Origin: Vicugna vicugna
Lineage: Eukaryota
Length of the DNA stretch: 64,000 nucleotides
Direction: 5' to 3'
Assembly (NCBI GenBank): GCA_013265495.1
Contig: MU059972.1
Location: 947,915 to 1,011,914 of the forward strand
Part shown: piece after piece, positions 1 through 12,125 of the stretch
How positions within the stretch are numbered: position 1 is the stretch's first letter
Layout: every line of letters begins with the position of its first letter
Notes under the pieces: generated by a model
Seen by the model: the letters and a program-made list of their open reading frames with translations, nothing else
The model's database searches: none
What the model was told of the DNA's origin: nothing
Position numbers and translations under genes: made by a program

Positions 1-381
1 CAGCCCCAGGAGCCCACCTCGCTCACCGAGTGAAGCGTCAGGACAAGAGAAAGTGCCCGTGTCTGTGGGCACACGTGTGAGCGTGGGTGCGCGGTGGCTC
101 CAGACACACGCCCAGAGCCTGCGGGTCTGACTGCCGGCCTGAAGGCACTTACACGCTGCACATCGCTGCACTCCCAGCGCATCCTACAGCAGCTGAGATA
201 ACTTTACAATATCTGCTTTCCGTGCAAAACACTTGCTTCACACTAACGTTTTAAACAAAGCCTTCCTTATTTAAATACTCCTTGGTCCTGTTTCCTGTTA
301 GTCTGAATCACTCAGAGTAACAGATACAGGGACTGTCAAAATAAAGTTTAAAGTGCTTCATGGTTTTAAAAAGTACTTCCT

Positions 382-509
382 GGGGAGGGTATAACTCAAG
401 TGGTAGAGAACATGCTTGGCAAACACAAGGTCCTGGGTTCAGTCCCCAGTACCTCCTCTAAAAAAAAAAATAAGTAAACCTAATCCCCCCACCAAAATTT
501 TTTTTAAAA
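382..509 (+). mobile_element. tRNA-derived SINE of camelid type (Vic-1-like)
   Basis: GGGGAGGGTATAACTCAAGTGGTAGAG...GGTTCAGTCCCCAGTACCTCC with pol III A/B-box-like motifs and an A-rich tail. Flanking direct repeat TACTTCCT at 374-381 and 510-517 (target-site duplication). Confidence 0.85.
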
Positions 510-816
510 TACTTCCTACAAGGAAAGTAGAATATATACAAATCTAATAAATAATGAAGGACCAACCCAAGATCTACAAATGCTCACTCTAACAGGCATA
601 AAATCCAACGAACCACGACAAGTGAACCTCGAGTGACAGAGCAAAGGAGCTCAAGCACTTTCCCCTTTCACAGAGAACTGCGGCCAACGGGCAGGCACTG
701 CGGGCATCTCCAGCAGGATCCTGACGCAGTTCAACTTCTTCAAGGAATGTGTTCACTGTGGCAGCCGAAATAATGAAAACAGTTTCTGGGCTGCTTCTTT
801 TACAAAGACTTGAAAC

Positions 817-1876
817 CAGCAGTTCTCATAACTTTTTGGTCTCAGGACCCCAAAGAGCCTTTGTAAAGATTATATTTGATACTTACCGTGAAAATTAAAA
901 CTGAGAACATTTAAGGGCATGAAATATAACATATGTAACTAACGTTAACAATACTTGTTAACATAAGTGTTTTAGGAAAAGATACTTTAAAAACACTCAG
1001 GGATGAGCGGCATTATCTTCCTTTTTGCACGTCTCTTTAGTTTTGACGTGAGAATAGGACCCTCAAGCTGGCATCTGTGCTCCATTTGCTGTGATGGGCT
1101 GTGTGGTGAAGCAGGCGAGGAGAAGCCAGCCTCACCCAGAGGCACAGCTGGATAGGGTGGGGCGGACGGCCTTTTCAGCAGCCGGCGTGTTGTCTGAGGC
1201 TTCGTCATGGTCAGCCGCAGCCCTACCACTGAACTTCTCCGCCTCTTCTACTGAAGTCCACTGGTCCCTCGTGGCCTGGGAATGGCCTTCTCCCCAGGAA
1301 TGATTTTGTAACACCATGTAACAGTCATTTGGAAAAGTCCTCAAACTCTGCGAAGCTGTCACAGTCTCCAAAATTCTGATTTCACTTGAGAGCCTGAACT
1401 TCACCAGCACAGACTGTCAGCTGGTCTCCTGGGCGTGTCCTGGAGGGACCTGGCCCCGAGGCGCGTCCTGGCTCCCATGAGACGCCCCAGCACCTCAGTG
1501 AGAGCAGAGGGGCTCCATGCACACTTGTAGTTTCATCACATGGAATATCAAAAGACGTGGTGAGGGGTCTGGCTGAGGTGACGGAAATATTCTAAAGCTG
1601 GGTTGAAGTGATGGAAGCACAACTTGGTGAATTAATAAAAATCATCGAATCGTACACTTAAAACGAGTGAATTTTATGGCATGTAAATGAGACCTCAAAA
1701 AGTTATTTAAAAGAAGACCTGTACTCCAAGGTAAAGTCTACCTGTGATTCTTCCTGCTCTACCACAGATACTGCCAAACGAGTTCTGCCACCAGTGCGGT
1801 CTGAGTCTAACGAGACCTCTGACCGCAGGGGCCCTGAGTCTCAAGGGGTCCACAGAGCACACTTTGAGATCTGCTG
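817..1876 (+). mobile_element. hAT-Charlie DNA transposon fossil (Charlie1-like), internally deleted and interrupted by an L1 fragment
   Basis: Terminal inverted repeats CAGCAGTTCTCATA (817) and TTTGAGATCTGCTG (ending 1876). The 5' end TTTTTGGTCTCAGGACCCCAAAGAGC and 3' end GGGGTCCACAGAGCACACTTTGAGA match my recollection of the Charlie1 consensus. Confidence 0.75.
1557..1712 (+). mobile_element. Old L1 (L1M-type) 3' end fragment nested in the Charlie element
   Basis: GAAATATTCTAAAGCTGGG...TACACTTAAAACGAGTGAATTTTATGGCATGTAAATGAGACCTCAAAAAG, a typical old L1 3' terminus. Confidence 0.7.
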
Positions 1877-1904
1877 CACTGAGCACAAAAGAGAATGCAG
1901 GGGT

Positions 1905-2706
1905 TAAAAAATGTGCAATAAACCATCCCTCCCAAGAAGATACACAAATGGCCAAAAAGCACATGGAAAGATGCTCAGCACCACTAACCACAGGGAAACG
2001 ACACCACCTCACACCCAGTACGACACTTCCCGTGACAAAACCAGAAAACGCCAGGAGTTGACAAGGAGGAGAACCTGAAGCCTGGGTGTGGTGGTGGGGT
2101 GCAAATGGTGCACCACCATGGACAACAGTGGGGGGTTCCTCAAAACATTAAAAATACAACTACCACATGACCCAGCAACCCCACTTTTGGGTGTGTACTC
2201 AGCAGACTTGAAAGCAGAGTCTTGAACAGACACGTGTGCACCCACATTCGCAGGAGCATCACTCCTGACAGCTGACAGGCAGGAGCAAGCCCTGTGTCCA
2301 TCGGCGGGTGACGGGTAAGCAGAAAGCGGCCCATCATACGGGGAGTACTATCGGTCTAAAAACGAAATCCTGACACCTGCTACAGCAGGATGAAACTTGA
2401 GGACACCATGCTGACTGAAAGAAGCCGATCACAAATGGACAAACCCTGCAAGACTGCACTTACAGCAGGCACCTAGAGAAGCCAGACACAAAGACAGAAA
2501 ACAGAAGGGCAGGTGCCAAGGATGGTGGGGGCGGGTGCTGAGTCCACGTCTAATGGAGACAGCTGCAGTTTTCCAGGATGGAGAGTTGCGCAGGTGGGCG
2601 GTGACAGGAGCCACAATATGAAGGTGCTCAACGCCAATGAACCGGACATTTTAAAATGGGCAGGATGGTAAGTTTTATATTGTGTATTTTACCACAATTT
2701 TAAAAT
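1905..2706 (+). mobile_element. L1 3' fragment (ORF2 C-terminus plus 3' UTR), L1M-type
   Basis: Translates to EDTQMAKKHMERCS (L1 ORF2 C-terminal motif), then CCACATGACCCAGCAACCCCACTTTTGGG, and ends GTAAGTTTTATATTGTGTATTTTACCACAATTTTAAAA. Confidence 0.85.
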
Positions 2707-3054
2707 TAGGGGAAAGGGAAAGGGAGACTAGGAAGGAGCAGACGCAGGAGGCCGGCCCACAGAACGGGCAGTGCGCTGCCGACAGCCGGAAGATCGGAGA
2801 CCCCAAGTAGCACCCCCTTTAAGAAAGTGCTGTTTGTGCCTCTTTGGATAGAACTTCACGTCTTGATGACTCAACCTGAACACATGAGAGGTGAAAACAC
2901 GTCCTAAACAAAGCACTGGTGCTTTAAAATGTTCCACTTTGTACTCCCCAGTGTACTTTGTAGTCAATGGCCACGAACAGCACTGTGTCCATTCGGGCAA
3001 AGCAACAGTTAATCTGCAGATCATAACACGTAATAGAAATATAGCTAAAACACT

Positions 3055-3770
3055 TTTTAAAAACAGAATTTTCAAATTAAGATATAATTCATCTATCCTA
3101 AAAGACCCCCACTTAAGTGCACAATTAGGGGTTTCAGTACTTTCACAAAGTTGTGCAATCATCACCTCTAATTCCAGAACATTCCATCACCCAAAAAGGA
3201 AACCTCGTACTCAACGGCTACCCCTTCCCTTCCAGCGCAGACAGTGACGACCTGCTCCGTCTCATGGCCCTGCCGGCCCTGGACGCTCACGGACGTGGAC
3301 GTGCAACAGGGGCCTTTGAGATGGGCTTCCTTCAACGGGCACAGCCCCCCAGGGCTCCTCCACGTCATGGGGTCAGGCCTCTCACCGCACACATGGATCG
3401 TGCTCTGTCTCTCCCCTCACGAGCGAAGGGATGCCCGGACAGCGCCCACTCCGCGGCTGCTGCGGACACTCGCGCCCCAGCCTCCGGGAGGCCTAGGCTT
3501 CCGCTCCTCTCCCGACCGCCAGGCAGGGGCCGCTGGGTCCGCGGCCGCTGCACACGGCACGCTGAGGGGACGGGCCCCAGGCAGCCGCACCACTGCTGGC
3601 TCCCAGCAGCAGGCGCGCGGCTGCCTTCTCCGCATCCTCACCAAACACAACAGACTTCGTTGTATTCCTAAAGTGACTCTCTTGCTGTGGAGGGACCCGC
3701 AGTAGTTTTCCTTCTAGAACGTACTGTGCGCTCGTCGTGTCCTCAGGCTGGCTCTGCGGCCTTCCCGCGT
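3055..3770 (-). mobile_element. Antisense L1 3' fragment, strongly GC/CpG-shifted
   Basis: AGATATAATTCA...AAGTGCACAATT...TTCACAAAGTTGTGCAATCATCACC...TTCCAGAACATTCCATCACCCAAAAGGAAACC and CTCCGCATCCTCACCAAACAC are antisense L1 3' landmarks. Confidence 0.75.
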
Positions 3771-5011
3771 GCACAGGGCACTGGCTACATAGGGAAACCA
3801 CCATGTGGACATCCGACTCAGACGAGCCAGACTGTCCCCAGTGGCAGAAAGCAGCAGCATGGAAATAGCACAGCCAAGAGGACATGCCCCAAGGATGAGC
3901 TGCCCAGGGCCCCCAGCTCCCAGGCATCCTCACCACCAGGCCATCTTGGCACTCAGGACAGGCTCATTCCAGGGCCACCCACAGGATGGGGCTCCAGCGC
4001 CCAACGTCCCCGCCCTCCCCGGGCAGGCAGCCGCGCTCCGGTGAGCCTTGGCATGACCACTCTCTGTCCCTCAAAGCCTCCCCCTTCCTTCCGGCTTCAC
4101 AGCAGGACTCTGGATCCAGAAGAAAGAAGTCTGGCCTCTGGAGCAGAGGGGCTTTGAGGTACTAAAGAGAGGGAACATCGTATATTTTGTACCTTTAACC
4201 TGGCCTCTGAATGGTATGGAATTTGGTATTGGTGGAGCAGTGGACAATGGTGTCACAACGTCTGGAAAAGAAGTACAGGAAGCTGTAGTGAACGTTAGGC
4301 CGCGCGGGGAGCCGGCTCAGCGGGTAGGTCGTCTAGGGTCAGGGCGAACCACGGGCAAGAGCAAACGCCTTCTGCCAGCGTGTGAGGAGGAGCTACGGCG
4401 ACGTGCCCACCAGCGCTGCGCCCAGAGCGGCCCTGACACACAGGCTGCCGTCTCCACGCCAAGTCTCCAGGACTTTAATGCCCACTGCTCACCAGCCCTT
4501 GTCACAGTGCCACCTGTCACAACTACTTGACTCACTCTGTCCACTTTTCAGGATGGATGGCTGGCTTTCAAAGGCCATGCCTCAGCTATTTCGAGATCCA
4601 CGCCAGATGAAAGATATGCTTCTGAGACATCTTGCAGGAAAGAGGGAACTGTCCTCACAGAGGTGGGAAAATGTTAAAACTGGCAGCTTGGGGCATGTGG
4701 CCTTCTAAAAAGGACCGCTTAGAAACAGCTGACATTGCCTACAGTAAAGAGGAGGTCTGCGCTGAGCAGCAGGGCCAGGAGCCTTAGCAAGAGATAGGTG
4801 GGCTGGCCCGGCTCCGGAGTCCTGAAAGCAGCCTATGAAAGGGTCCACTGTCTGACATCAACGTGCCGCTGCTGCCGCCGCCACCACCATAGGCCCTGAG
4901 GACAGCCCTGAGCAGGCCCCAGGGCGCCCGACCAGACTGAACCAGCACCCGTCCTGGGAGAAGCCAGGCCACGTGGACGGGCCATGCCAAGGCTCTCACC
5001 CAGACAATTAC

Positions 5012-5096
5012 CTTTCATGAAGAATCGGCAGGTGGGACGAGGCCTCACCTTCCTGTCACTGGGGTCCTTCACTTCACCCTCTTCCAGGTCATCATC
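5012..5096 (-). CDS. ZC3H18: ZC3H18 coding exon (exon 3), 85 nt, first half of the CCCH zinc finger
   Basis: ttcag|GAT GAT GAC CTG... encodes DDDLEEGEVKDPSDRKVRPRPTCRFFMK plus G, then |gtaatt. Phase 0 in, phase 1 out. The next exon lies left of the window. Confidence 0.96.
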
Positions 5097-8000
5097 CTGA
5101 AACAGAGGACAATGTGACTTGAAGAGAGACTCATCTTAACAAAGGGAAGAGGCGGGAGGGGCATCTACCAACCAGCGTGCTTTCACCAAACCAGAAAGGG
5201 TGCGTTCCCGAGGTCCGGGTCCTGGCCACTCACCAGTTCACCTGCATTTCCCAAACCTCATCCACACAACGGGGATGTCTCAGAGCTCACCTCCAAGACT
5301 GAGGCACCACACCAAAGGATACTCCTACAAGTTCTGTTAGCAGTTCTGAGCAGGACATGGTTACCCTTCAGGTTTTCAATATTTTGTACAGTAAAACAAA
5401 ATATTGTATGTCCTTTAAATTAGATGCCTCCCTCTAATTTAAAAGTCTAGGGGCAGGGAGGAGGAAAGTTAGGTGGCTCAGGCCAGTGAGTGGGCCCACC
5501 ATTAGCTCAGACCTGGGCCCTTCTCTTCTTGTTCTTGGTCCAGAGTTCCTAACCCTGGCTCTAGAGTGACGCAGGAGACTTTAAAGACCAAAGCTTGAGT
5601 GGGTCTCTCCCCAGGGATTCCAAAGAGCAGCAGAGAGCTTAGACAAATGCTCTGCACAACCCACCCCTAGCCCCCACTGCCCCAGGGCCATCTGCACCCC
5701 AGAGTTGAGACCCTGCACCCCTGGGATCGCCCCTAGCAGACAAGCATCCAGCCACCTGACTGAAATCTGTCAGTATGTCCAGGATGGGGCCCCTCACTGC
5801 CCCTTCTCATCCTGTCCAAGGTACCCTAGTACAGTCGATGAAAGGGATCTCAAGCAGGGCGGACCCCACTCCCCCATCTTCCTCAGCACCGCCTCGTCCG
5901 AACTATCGCTCTGTCCCAGCTGGCCTGGGGACACTCCCTGACAGGGGTCCACACTTCTGAGCTCTCCACATTGCCGTGACCTTCTCAAGTCCAGCCTGGC
6001 CACATTCTAGCCTGGGATGAGGAACAGAGTGACTGTGTGTCAGCAGTCAGGATGCACAGGCAGGGCACCAGATTGGGGTGAAGAGCTGTTTCTGCAGGGA
6101 TGTTACTCTCCATGTTCACAAGAGCAGAGAGCTGGGGAGCGGTCACCGGGGCTGCCGAGGGTGCCCTGGGATACTCCAAGGCCTAATAGACAAAACAAGC
6201 AATAAATCACTCAGCAGTAGAAGGTCCTCACCTGCCAACTAACTGTGTGTTTAGCACGATGGCGTTTCAGGTGATGACAAATAAAAGGAGTACCGGAATC
6301 TTAGAGAGTTTCTTGCAAACATAACTCAAGAAAGGGATCTCTGAAGCCAGACTGCCAGCACTTAGCTGTTCCATCGGGTCAGATGTGTGATTAATGGGTA
6401 GGAATTATGACCTGGCGACCCTTGACGATGTGATCGAGAGCAGGGGCCCTAGCGGTCCAGTCAGAAGTAGGCCTGTGGGTCTACAGAAGGCCAGGCGACA
6501 AGGACAATGACGACTAGCCTGGGGGGAGAGCGCCAGGCCCGCCACAGTGTGCAAGCCTGGGAGGAACTCCAGCCTACTGGCAGCGTGCCGCTGGGGTGGG
6601 CACGAACCAGCATGTTCACCTTGAAGGTCCTTATTTATAGCAGACACGCAGTGGGGAGGCCTGAGTTTGAATCCTGCCTGTGTGACTGCAGATGCCCCGA
6701 CCCCAAGCCTTGGTCTACCCAATGGGTTGTACCAGGCTGAAGCCCACCACACGTGGAGCTTGGGCACAGGGCCCCGTGTACACAGGAGCAGAGAGAGCTC
6801 ACCCTGGCACAACCACCAGGTCCCACCAGAATCCCCTTGAACCCCAGATTCTGCACCTGCAAAATGGGGTAACAATACAGGCTGTAATCCCTCACTCAAA
6901 ACCCCTGGAGCCAGACGTGGTTTGGTAATTCAGACGTGTTCCGGCTTTAGAAAGGGGTCTGGAGCAGCACCCTGTCCCCGTCCTGCGGGGGACGAAGCCA
7001 ACAGCTTGGCACCACTTAGTCCCTCAGGGGCTGCGCTGCACGGCCTCCTTCCTTGATGGAGGCGCAGGCAGTGGCTTCCTTGGCTTCCTCAAGGGGACAG
7101 ATGCTGGGAAGCATCTGAGTGGCATCCAGCGGAGTGAGTGCAGTGACGTGTCCCCAGGAAGCCTGAGTGGTGCGGGAAGCCCTTTGGCAGAAGATACTAT
7201 GTATCCAGACACAGAAAGAGCAGGTGCTTCTGAACAGGACAAAACACAAAGTACCACTGCAAGGAAAATGCTTCAAAGCACTTTTATGTGGGTGGACCCA
7301 GAGCTATCACTTCTGACCAGGCCACTGTCCTGCCATCTCTGAGAGGCCAGCATACAGTGTGAGAGTCACCGATGAAAGGAAGGGAACAAAACGTACTCCA
7401 CCCTCTCCTGGGGGATGGCATACTCTCGGGGGCTGAAGTTCTGTTCACCAGATGACAAGTAAGATATAAAAACAGAAACCAAGGAATTGAGCAAAGGAGA
7501 GGATGGGGAGACCAGACAGTGGGGCTGGCGTCTGTAAAGGCAAATCAAAGACCCTTGAAGAACATTCGATCTACTCAGCAGCCTCCGAAGGAAGCAGTAG
7601 TTCTGGCGAGACGAACCGGAGGCGCTGGTCTAAGAGAGGAAGACCGCGCGCAGCGCAAGGCCACGGTGGTGGCTCCGGCGCTCTTCTGAGAGACACGCAG
7701 GGAGCAGAAACAAAACCACACGTTTCTAGTCCTCCTAAGTGTGGCATCCTGCATGGGCACGACTACTGATTAGACAGGGCTCACCCGTGGTTCAGGCGTC
7801 AGGGTCCTCAGGTCCCCTCGACGCCCCCTCCACAAATAAGCCAGTGCTGCTAACAGCTGGCCCACCACCCTATTTGCAAAATCCCATCCCCACCGCACAA
7901 GGAAGTAGCATTTCCAGAAAGGCATCTGCTTCTGAGGGCAGCACACAAAAAACATATAAAGGTAACTCAAGGCCTGAGTTATAAACTGTGGTTTAGACAA

Positions 8001-10799
8001 AAAAATTTCAAGGGTTTATTGTACAAATTGATGTCATTATCACGGAAACTCTCAGCAGACTAGAAGAGTTGGGGAGGGTGGGGGTGACTCCCTCCCAAAC
8101 CAGTTCACCTGTCCCAGTGACCCCCAATCTAACCCTAACCTACAAGGAAAAGTGCTTCTGAGTTAAGAGGAGAATAAATCACAGGGCCTTTTAGACTCTT
8201 CCACTCAGCTTGCTATTCCCAGCAATTCTGGGCCTGATGCTATGGGCAGGAAATGGGCAGACAGGCGGGAGGGGCTGCTGGGCACGGAGAAGCTCAGAGG
8301 CTTCCGTGAATGTACATCTTCGAGGTATACACTAAACTACACATTTCCTCCTCACAAAAACATCCAGGTAGTTCACCTCTGATACCTGGAAGGTGACAGG
8401 GAAAAAGCCCTCTGGGATGGGTACTTCCCACTAGGACCAGAAGCTACCTGGCAGGGACTTGAACTAAAGGGGACTAGACCAAAGCCTGCTGGAAGGAAGC
8501 AGGCTGTTCATGGACCCAAGCACACACCTCTAGTTCCCTCTCCATCTTGGGAAAGAAAGATACAAGTGTATGCTTGTGGATACACGGGATCCTGACAGGG
8601 AAGGAAGGGCCAGAACCGGGACAGAGAGAGCAGGAAGACGGCCCAGCAGCAGTGATTCAGACGCCAGCTGACGCGTGTCTACGCCGGGCTCTGCCAACGC
8701 AGGCTCAGGCTGGTGCTGGTCACCCACGCGCAGTGCCAGACTGCCCTCTGTTCGGAAGGCTCTCCAGTGCAGACGTCCCGCCCACCACCATGCCTCATCT
8801 CGATGGCACTCAACTTGGCATGCCCCAGAGCACTGCCTCCAAGGTGCCAGGTGCTAGGGATGGAGGGAGCCAGCCACACAGGGGCCGGACTCGGGAACTC
8901 GTGTTCTTGGAGGAGCAGGTGCGGGGAAGCAGCAGAGACACACACACTAATGGCCTGGTTACTTCAGACTGTGTGTGGAAGCACCACAACGGTGCCCAGG
9001 CAGATCTAACAGGAGAGCCAGGGGCGGTAGGCAGGAGGCCTACAGAAAGGAGGTGACACTGAGGCCAGTAATTACAGGGTGTGGAGGAGCCCGCAGTCAC
9101 AGGCACGGGCAAGAGCAAAAATAACCCAGAGGAGCTCCTGGAAGGCAGGTGCGCTCCTGCGAAGGCCAAAGTCTCCATTCACAGTGCCCAGCCCCGTGCA
9201 GGCCCACCGGTCCCCAAGGATGGGGGACAGTTACACCCCCAGTGCGTCACAGTGAGCCTGGCACACCGCGGGGCCCGCAGAGCTGAGTGGAGCTGTTCCA
9301 GTTGGGCTGTGGGGGCCTCACTGGAGGTGCCAGGCAGGTACAAGTCTGTTCAACTGGCCAACCAGGCGGGGTCGGTGGGCAAGGGGGCTCCAATGCTGCC
9401 CCGGGGGAGACCAACAAAGCTGGACGCAGCAGGAACGCCACGGCGCAGCGAGGCTCAGGTCCCTGCGACTGAACACTGGCAGCAGAGGAGGCGAAGTCTG
9501 CTACCATGCGTTCAGCAGCGGAAGCAAGCAGCATCTGCAGCTGGGCCTTCCTAACGGGACACACGGCGCCCAGAACCGCCGGCCACGGCGCCCCCCGCTG
9601 CCGGGACCCCTCACCTTCCTAGTGGCTTTTCTCTCCGTAAACTGAAAAATCAAACTCACAGGTGACCTCAACCAGTGACTTCACCTTCCACTCCCAAATT
9701 CCACCCAAACTGATTCACTGGAGTCTCTCGGCATCTCTTTCCCTCTGGCAACCCTGCTGCCAGGGTTAACTTTCTAAAGGGAGCTTGGAAAGGAGCTGGA
9801 GCTGGCAAAACCTGAGGACAGTTGCATGATCAGGTCTCGACAATACCACTTTCAATAAGATAATATTAAGCAAAGGCTATTAATACGTGAGACCACCTCC
9901 TAAACTTAAGTTATGAGAGTATCTAAACCCCTAAGCTTTAACTACACACGCATGCCCCACAAATTCTGTCCCTGTGAACCGACAAGCACGTCTTTTAAGA
10001 CCAGGCACACGCGTGGCTGTGCGGCACTGCCTCACCTTCCAGGACAGAGCTGCCCGTGAAGCTGCAGCTGCGCGCCTGGACAGCAACCTCTCCCTCCTTA
10101 ACACAGGGCCCTCCTGAGGGGTACTCCTCAGGCCCACCTCTCTCCACAATGACTCTCAACCAGGATCGCCCCCCAGGATGCTTAACACTCCAGATCCTTT
10201 CCCTCTGCTCTGCCTCCCTCTCCCCTCCTTTGAGTACAAGCTTTACTCAGTAGGGCTTCAGGCTCCGCCCCCCAAACTCAACCTCTTAAACGATGGTGAT
10301 TAAAGTTCTTTCAACAGGATCATCTGTCATAAAAACCCAAACAACCCACATCTAAGATGATCATTACCAGTTACCTTCTCCTTACCCTGAAGGCCAGGTG
10401 AATGTAAGTAAGTTCTAAGGATGTGACAGCTTGGTCAAAACCCAAGGTGTTCTGATGCGCAACCCCATTTTATCCAGTGAGGGCCTTTTTAGGGATACTT
10501 CCATAGAAGCTGGGGCCCGCATCAGACAAGAGGCCATGGGGCAAAGAAAAAAATGAATAAAAGAACAGACGAAACTGGAAGGAAGGAGTTTTTCAGCCTC
10601 AAGAACCTAACAAGAACTGAAACCCACAGAGGTTCTAGTTGACTGCTAACTCAAGTACTACTCTGAGACAGCGAAGACAAAGGGTGAAAACTACTGCCTG
10701 TTAAAAAACTCCAGAATTTTAATACGACCAGACGGATGAGCGAGGAGGGCCTGTGGAACTCCCGCCAGCTACCGACTGGCAGTTTCTCAATCCAGCCTA

Positions 10800-11498
<699 letters not shown>

Positions 11499-11959
11499 TC
11501 ACACTTCTGCAAAAGACAGAGACACAGAGTCACAGCATTTAGCAGAATGGAAGGGAAATCTCGCTCTGGTTTCCCTGGCCCCACACTCACTCCTGACACA
11601 CAGTCTGCTGGGCCCTGCACAGCTCCTCCAGATCGCACTGCATAGACCACCGCTGCTGGTCACCGCACACAAGGCCTCCACGAGGCGGGACCAGCCGGGA
11701 AGAGGCCCGCCTGCCTGCTTTCACAGAGCAGCCCGACGGCTAACAGAAAGTGAGAAATAAGATGTGAACTGCAAGGGCCAGCTTTCTGGATCCCTAGAAT
11801 GAATTAATTACTTCTGCAATTCAGGAAAACTTGCATTATGCATGAGCTGGTCACACTGAAGGCACGAGCCTGGCCATTGTTCTGAAGAGTCTGAAGGAGA
11901 AACCGGGCCCATCTTCAGGAGTTCCCGGGATGCGGGCTGTCTCCCGTTCCTGAACACGC

Positions 11960-12125
11960 TTCTCCAAGTATGGCCCTGATGGCCACATCAGAACCACTTG
12001 GGATGATCTTTAGAAATGCAGACACTGGGCCTCCCACACACCTGTGTACTGAGGCTGCCAAGGGATGCCCAGAGGCCTCAGTGCACCGTGATTCTGGTAG
12101 GATAGTTGAGAATCACCGTTCCAGG
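11960..12125. mobile_element. MER5-like hAT MITE remnant
   Basis: ATCAGAACCACTTGGGATGATCTTTAGAAATGCAGACACTGGGCCTCCC...TTGAGAATCACCG resembles MER5. Confidence 0.5.

Noticed and set aside
382-470. tRNA-like sequence
   Set aside because: It has A/B boxes but is followed by an A-rich tail and flanked by a target-site duplication, so it is a SINE, not a tRNA gene.
4800-4865. Possible C/D snoRNA (TTGATGT... on the minus strand)
   Set aside because: Box C is imperfect, and I see no terminal CTGA box D with a closing stem at a suitable distance.
8125-8142. Telomere-like CTAACCCTAACCT
   Set aside because: Only two units, which is expected by chance.
8377-8385. 9-nt AG..GT microexon or recursive-site pattern in ZC3H18 intron 2
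   Set aside because: The donors are weak and such short patterns are common. Not distinguishable from background without reads.
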